Below are positions 58,819-64,000 of a DNA stretch of 64,000 nt, in pieces. Below the pieces are notes generated by a model, which was given only the letters and a program-made list of their open reading frames with translations, was not told the DNA's origin and searched no databases. The DNA is from Ignavibacteriota bacterium (GTDB lineage: Bacteria; Bacteroidota; Ignavibacteria; Palsa-1295). Location of the stretch: contig CAWBEI010000003.1 of assembly GCA_963787835.1 (NCBI GenBank), positions 1-64,000 on the forward strand. The letters are read 5' to 3'. A program made the position numbers and the translations under genes. Position 1 is the stretch's first letter; every line of letters starts with the position of its first letter.

Positions 58819-59604
58819 TTATTGTGAGGAAGAAACGCCCAAAATCTTTCTTTCAATCGGAAGACTCCGAGGAACAAACCGAATTTCGAGATCGCGCTTC
58901 TTGCTATCGGCAAGAACCATAAGCCTTGCATTGAACTGTCCTGTGTCCATACCTTCATAATTTACACGGAAAGGGGTTTTCAGAGGTATGAAAAAAGATT
59001 GCGGAGGGCGGCTTAAATGCAGTATGACCAGAGGCGTATCGCTAACTTCTACCAAGGTAATGGTTGAACTCTTCATACTATAAGAGATATTGGAAATATA
59101 AGTTATCCCTGGAAGAATGTTTATTGGCTCTCCACGAGGTATGCTGTAAATTTCGTCAGAAGTTGAATTCGCATTTGTAGAGGTCGGAATCGAATAAAAT
59201 GTATCGTTCGTTTTTTCATTTCCTGTACTTGTCGAGGAAGCGGCAACCTGAGGTATAGGAATTACTGCCTGGCGTGCTATAGGAGCACCTCCATCATTAT
59301 CAAAAATTCCTAAAGCTCCAAGCCCAATCAAAACGCCAACAAGTATCAACGCTCCAATAGCCACCTTCGGCCAGATTCGCGGAGGGTTAACAATTTTGAG
59401 CGATCGAAGTGACTCCTGAAGCTCTGGAGAGATCTCAAGGTGTGCTTCACCGGGCTCACTCTCCAAATTCGTACGCTCGATGGCGAGTGCATTCAGCACA
59501 TTCTCATGGCGAAGCATTGCTTCGCGAAGTCCTAGAAGTTCCTCTTTGTTGCGACGGGCTTCATCCTCATTCTCCTTTAACAGCCGGTCACGATCTGTAC
59601 TCAC
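58819..59604 (-). CDS. Hypothetical single-pass membrane protein with N-terminal coiled coil
   Basis: 261-aa ORF; TM VAIGALILVGVLIGLGALGIF; S/T-rich linker; beta-rich C-terminal domain. Confidence 0.75.
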   Translation of the reverse strand: MSTDRDRLLKENEDEARRNKEELLGLREAMLRHENVLNALAIERTNLESEPGEAHLEISPELQESLRSLKIVNPPRIWPKVAIGALILVGVLIGLGALGIFDNDGGAPIARQAVIPIPQVAASSTSTGNEKTNDTFYSIPTSTNANSTSDEIYSIPRGEPINILPGITYISNISYSMKSSTITLVEVSDTPLVILHLSRPPQSFFIPLKTPFRVNYEGMDTGQFNARLMVLADSKKRDLEIRFVPRSLPIERKILGVSSSQ

Positions 59605-59616
59605 GGTTTGTGTTTC

Positions 59617-61383
59617 CTACTGCATAACACTTCCTACGCTTTCGATCTGTTCCGACTCCGATTGATAAACCTCCCGATAGATCGGCTTTTGCGTTGCGCG
59701 CGCTAAGCGGCCATCGGCAACCGGTTGCCCAAGAGTACCAATCGATTCGTAAGACATTCCTTTGAACTCCGGAATCAGTTTCGCTATCTCGTCAAATACT
59801 TCCTCTGTATGAAGGTATTTCCAATTAATTCCGAGATTATTAGCAACCAGTTCCACAAATCGCCAGCCTTCGCGAGCGTCGCGCTTATTGCCGCGCGCCC
59901 ATTTGTCGTATGGCGAGCCAAAGCGGTCGAGGCGCGACATATGCAGCATGTCGCGGCCACGCATAAAGTATTCGGTGGTAACTGCGGGACGCAATTGCTG
60001 TGCCCATCCATCGAAATTCACGAATATGCCATCGCGCTCCGCCCATTGGGAAGCCGGAAATACTACATCGGCACGGCGTGAGGTTATGCTCTCATTCGAA
60101 GCGAGACATGCAAAGAATTCCACATTCTCGAACGCTTCAAGAAGTTGCGAATCGGCGAGAAAATCATCCGGCAGTGCAAAAACGGCTTTGACCTTACGTG
60201 AACGGAGAAGTTCAAGCACGGTCATTTCCGCCGCGCGTTCGCCGTGAATATGTTGATAGTGTTCATCAGATACACAGCCTGCCAGCGTGGCTCCGAAAGC
60301 ATTCGGAGTTCTATCGGCTTTGAGGAGCATCCGTTCATCCTGACCAACAAAGTGCGTAATGAAAGGAATGGAATGTTTCCCAAATTTTTCGCGTGCCAGT
60401 TTCGACATCACATAATTATCCTCGACCGTCGCATAGGCCGAACCGATAATCAATACTTCGTCCTTGTGATATTTTGAAAGTTCCGAAGCGATGCGTCGGG
60501 CTGCGGAATCGTAATCGGTAGATAGCTGGAAGCCATTGGCATCTTTCATGCGTGGCCCGCTAATGCGTTCATTATTTACAGGCGGGTAAGCATTCAGTCG
60601 GCCATGATCGCACATCCAATAGGTATTGACGTTCGGATTATTTCGCGGTTCGAGGCGTTCGATCACATTATTGCGAACAGCCACGCGTATATTGCAGCCC
60701 TGTGAGCATCCCGGACAAACGGAATCCGTGAATGACATATCCCACACACGCGCCTTGAAGCGAAAATCGCGGCTGGTGAGCGCGCCGACGGGACAAATAT
60801 CAATCACGTTCATCGACATATTATTGTCGAAGCCTTCTTCGGGATTTGATACAATAGTTACATGATCGCCACGATTGACGAACGTGAGAACGGGTTGTTC
60901 GGCAACTTCCTGCGCGAAACGAATACATCGAGAACAGGAAATGCAACGCTCGCCATCGAAAAGAACTTGTGGCCCAAGGGCAACGCGTTTATCTTTGTGC
61001 GTTTTCTCTTCAACAAATCGTGAAACCCCTTTGGAATGATCGAACGCATAATCCTGGAGTTTGCACTGTCCGGCTTCGTCGCAGATCGGACAATCGAGCG
61101 GATGATTGATGAGGAGGAATTCCATGATGTCCTCCCGGCCCTCAATTGCTTTTTCAGAAAGCGAGTTGACGACCATACCTTCTGCGATCGGCGTGGCGCA
61201 GGCGATCTGCAACTTGGGAGTCTTTTCGACTTCGACCAGGCACATGCGGCAATTACCCGCAACCGTCAGCGCCGGATGCCAGCAAAAATGCGGGATGTCG
61301 ATCCCATTTTCCAGCGCAACCTGAATGATGGTTTGGCCCTGCTGGCCTTCGTATTCTTTTCCGTCGATTGTAAGTTTTGGCAT
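59617..61383 (-). CDS. nuoG: NADH-quinone oxidoreductase subunit G
   Basis: IPHFCWH, GNCRMCLVE, HPLDCPICDEAGQCKLQD, CISCSRCIRF, CPGCSQGC. Confidence 0.94.
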   Translation of the reverse strand: MPKLTIDGKEYEGQQGQTIIQVALENGIDIPHFCWHPALTVAGNCRMCLVEVEKTPKLQIACATPIAEGMVVNSLSEKAIEGREDIMEFLLINHPLDCPICDEAGQCKLQDYAFDHSKGVSRFVEEKTHKDKRVALGPQVLFDGERCISCSRCIRFAQEVAEQPVLTFVNRGDHVTIVSNPEEGFDNNMSMNVIDICPVGALTSRDFRFKARVWDMSFTDSVCPGCSQGCNIRVAVRNNVIERLEPRNNPNVNTYWMCDHGRLNAYPPVNNERISGPRMKDANGFQLSTDYDSAARRIASELSKYHKDEVLIIGSAYATVEDNYVMSKLAREKFGKHSIPFITHFVGQDERMLLKADRTPNAFGATLAGCVSDEHYQHIHGERAAEMTVLELLRSRKVKAVFALPDDFLADSQLLEAFENVEFFACLASNESITSRRADVVFPASQWAERDGIFVNFDGWAQQLRPAVTTEYFMRGRDMLHMSRLDRFGSPYDKWARGNKRDAREGWRFVELVANNLGINWKYLHTEEVFDEIAKLIPEFKGMSYESIGTLGQPVADGRLARATQKPIYREVYQSESEQIESVGSVMQ

Positions 61384-61425
61384 ATTATCTTTTCGTGTCG
61401 AGCGATTTTTACGCGGAATATAAAA

Positions 61426-62541
61426 CTACTTTATAAACGTGTGGCTGTCTTCATACTTCATCCCAAATGCTTCTGCAACGCCTTCATAAACAATAGCGCC
61501 GTCGATCACATTGAGGCCGAGGCGCAATTCTTTGTTCGTCGAGACCGCCTTTTCGTAGCCATCGTTCGCAAGTTGGACTGCATAAGGAAGGGTTGCATTG
61601 GTGAGCGCGATAGTAGAAGTCATCGGCACAGCGCCCGGCATGTTCGCAACGCAGTAATGCACGACGCCATCGATGACGAACGTTGGATTCTCGTGCGTCG
61701 TCGGATGGCACGTTTCGATGCAACCGCCCTGATCGACAGATACATCTACCACAACCGAACCCTCCTTCATGTCCTTCAACATTTCTTTCGTGATGAGACG
61801 CGGCGCTTTCGCTCCGGGAATTAATACCGCACCAATAACAAGGTCGGCATGTCGGATCACTTTCCGAATATTATATGGATTCGATACCAGGGTCGTGATA
61901 TTGCGCGGCATGACATCATCGAGATACCGCAAGCGATAAAGATTGGAGTCAAGAATGGTCACACGAGCGCCGAGTCCCGCTGCGATCTTCGCCGCACTGG
62001 TGCCAACAACTCCCCCGCCCAGTACCACAACCTCACCGGGATCAGTACCAGGAACGCCAGCAAGAAGAACTCCACGACCACCCATTGTCTTTTCGAGATA
62101 CTTCGCGCCTTCCTGGGGTGCCATGCGCCCTGCTACTTCGGACATAGGAATAAGAAGCGGCAGCGAGCCATCTGCTCGCTGGACCGTCTCATACGCGATC
62201 GCGATCGAACCTGATTTTACGATTGCCTCGGTAAGCTCCTTACTTGCAGCAAAGTGGAAGTAGGTGAAAAGCACCTGGCCTTTACGAATGAGACCATACT
62301 CCTGCTTGATCGGCTCCTTGACCTTCATGATCATGTCCGCCGTGTCATAGACCGATTTCGCATCGGCCAGCATCTCGGCGCCGGCCGCAATATAATCTTC
62401 ATTCTTAAACCCTGAGCCATTGCCAGCGTTCGTCTCAACGAACACCTTGTGCCCATGCGATACAAGTATTTCTGCACCGCTCGGTGTGAGCGCCACGCGG
62501 TTCTCGTTCTGCTTAATTTCTTTCGGTACCCCTATTCTCAT
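61426..62541 (-). CDS. ald: Alanine dehydrogenase
   Basis: GVPKEIK..ENRV, PMSEVAGR, GGGVVG, VANMPGAV. Confidence 0.96.
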   Translation of the reverse strand: MRIGVPKEIKQNENRVALTPSGAEILVSHGHKVFVETNAGNGSGFKNEDYIAAGAEMLADAKSVYDTADMIMKVKEPIKQEYGLIRKGQVLFTYFHFAASKELTEAIVKSGSIAIAYETVQRADGSLPLLIPMSEVAGRMAPQEGAKYLEKTMGGRGVLLAGVPGTDPGEVVVLGGGVVGTSAAKIAAGLGARVTILDSNLYRLRYLDDVMPRNITTLVSNPYNIRKVIRHADLVIGAVLIPGAKAPRLITKEMLKDMKEGSVVVDVSVDQGGCIETCHPTTHENPTFVIDGVVHYCVANMPGAVPMTSTIALTNATLPYAVQLANDGYEKAVSTNKELRLGLNVIDGAIVYEGVAEAFGMKYEDSHTFIK

Positions 62542-62717
62542 TTGTTCGTTTTACAAATTAATGATTCGATTGAAGATGATTGTAAACAATCTGGAAGAAT
62601 GTTTCGTCCGCAAAATAAATGCGAGGTTTTGGGTTGGACAAAAAGTAGCTCGGAAAGATACTCACCCGGCCGAATCGTATCAACGAAATCCATCCGGAAA
62701 AACAACTGCAACTCCGA

Positions 62718-63061
62718 TCAAGATGAGGCTAATGAAGACTCCGAGTCCGAGTTCACGTGACGAGTGAAACGGAATGCGTCGATTATGGCCCAAAGCCAAA
62801 AGATCACGCTCCACAGGGAAGCGACATCGTGGGTTATACGTGGTATCCACAGTATGTCCAGACTGCGCGCGAGTCGCTCGCTGGGATTGGCAGGGCGGGA
62901 TTGGCGATCGAGATCAATGACAAAATTAGAAAATTAAGATTCGCAATGACAATGGCGGCTGCGAGAATCGCAGCTCCCCTGTTTCCATCGCCAAGATACA
63001 TTTGGCCTGAACCCGGCACGATAAGTGATAGAAATCCTGCTAAGATTGAAGATTTTTTCAT
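62718..63061 (-). CDS. Small membrane protein with apparent 2-nt frameshift near 62849
   Basis: LAGFLSLIVPGSGQMYLG; removing TG gives ...WTYWIPRITHDVASLWSVIFWLWAIIDAF (113 aa). Confidence 0.65.
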
Positions 63062-63236
63062 GGCTCGTTTTTCAGGTTCAAAAATGGGAAAAATCCAAGT
63101 ACAGGATAATAATCCAGCAACAAAATAACCAAACGATATCCAAAGTGCAAAGTTCGCATCTTTCGGCAATAGCGCTATTGGAGGTGGTAAAGTTTATATA
63201 CCGGCTAAAAGTGTTCTTGCCTCAAGCCACTAAGAT

Positions 63237-64000
63237 TCAGGACGCCGGGACAACCGAGACAAGCATCAGGGATTTCTCGTCATCAAATAGCTTCCCCGCT
63301 TCGATGCGCACATCTTCCAGCGTGAGCCGCGCGATTTTTTCGACATCGCGTTCGATGGGATGATAGCCGCCGAAGTAGAGTTCGTTCTGTGCTGAACGCA
63401 TCATGCGATTCGTGACGGATTCCATCGGTAGCACAAGTCCGCCGATAAGCTGCTCTTTTGCGCGTTCGAGTTCGGCATTCGAGATCGGTTTTGCAACGAG
63501 GTTTTTTGCAATGCGCCGCATTTCGCGGATACTGCGTTCACGATTATCGATCGCGGTTGCAATATAAAATCCCACTGCTCCCGCATCCTCGAACGCAGAA
63601 TAAAATGCCATCGCATCGTAGGCCAGTCCTAATTCTTCACGCAATCGGAGATTGAGCCGGCTGCTCATGCCCACTCCGGCAATCGTTATGAGCGCGTTAA
63701 TGGCAAGATGCCTTCTCGCATGAATTCCCGGCGCACGACGTCCAAGAATGAGATGCGCTTGCTGTCCCGAAGCTCGCGAGATATTGTGCTGTGTACCATT
63801 CGTGCGCGGAAAATTAGGAACAGGAATGGAGCGGCGTGAAACATGGGGTGCAACATGCCGAACAGCGCGATCGACAGCACGAAAAAGGTCGTTATGCGAA
63901 TGCGAACCGCTCGCAACGATCACAATATCGCCGGCGCTATAATGTTTGCGGTGAAAATCCAATAACTTTTTCGGATCGAAGCTTTTTACGGTTCCAGGCG
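63237..64000 (-). CDS. M16 family zinc peptidase, C-terminal part (runs off the window)
   Basis: GMSSRLNLRLREELGLAY, ELERAKEQL, C-terminal M16 pattern. Confidence 0.88.
   Translation of the reverse strand, partial: PGTVKSFDPKKLLDFHRKHYSAGDIVIVASGSHSHNDLFRAVDRAVRHVAPHVSRRSIPVPNFPRTNGTQHNISRASGQQAHLILGRRAPGIHARRHLAINALITIAGVGMSSRLNLRLREELGLAYDAMAFYSAFEDAGAVGFYIATAIDNRERSIREMRRIAKNLVAKPISNAELERAKEQLIGGLVLPMESVTNRMMRSAQNELYFGGYHPIERDVEKIARLTLEDVRIEAGKLFDDEKSLMLVSVVPAS

Noticed and set aside
61036-61824. 262-aa plus-strand ORF, and similar shadows such as 48367-49212, 48107-48937 and 41392-42078
   Set aside because: They overlap well-supported genes in antisense or alternate frames

Overview
Bacterial chromosomal window from an FCB-group organism (Bacteroidota/Ignavibacteria/Kapabacteria-like, inferred from six type IX secretion (T9SS) C-terminal-domain cargo proteins, a PorE-like OmpA protein and TAnnTTTG-type promoters). 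Core genes: hemF, amidase, waaA, lipA, an 18.5-kb minus-strand run yceD-rpmF-plsX-fabH-fabD-DUF3109-fabG-acpP-fabF-rnc-aroA-aroE-aroC-aroKB-aroQ-ubiA-ubiX-ubiD-folB-folK-deoxynucleoside kinase, fmt, a split nuoG-x-nuoH-nuoI, ald, tRNA-Leu(GAG) and tRNA-Ile2(CAT). Accessory parts: (i) 0-11 kb, an XRE-flanked secreted operon (tail-fibre-like protein, two paralogous propellers, GH16-like protein with a large insertion), then intergenic DNA rich in hairpins, including a candidate ~220-nt sRNA with repeated UCGCAA(CCAA) linkers, a beta/gamma-crystallin gene with a multi-stem leader, a small secreted protein and a divergent TPR-like protein; (ii) 18.9-21.8 kb, an XRE-divergent pair of a TIMP/OB-like protein and a matrixin-like metzincin; (iii) an ECF sigma with an anti-sigma ending in a possible outer-membrane barrel, plus matching ECF promoters; (iv) 47-53 kb, small detox-type genes, an orphan antitoxin with a RelE stub inside a 53-bp duplication, and REPs. 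A ~190-bp dispersed element occurs in inverted copies at 0.3 and 53.2 kb. Six genes carry 1-2 nt frameshifts, most likely long-read errors. No CRISPR array, rRNA, integrase or transposase was seen. All assignments are by-eye motif recognition; no searches were run.
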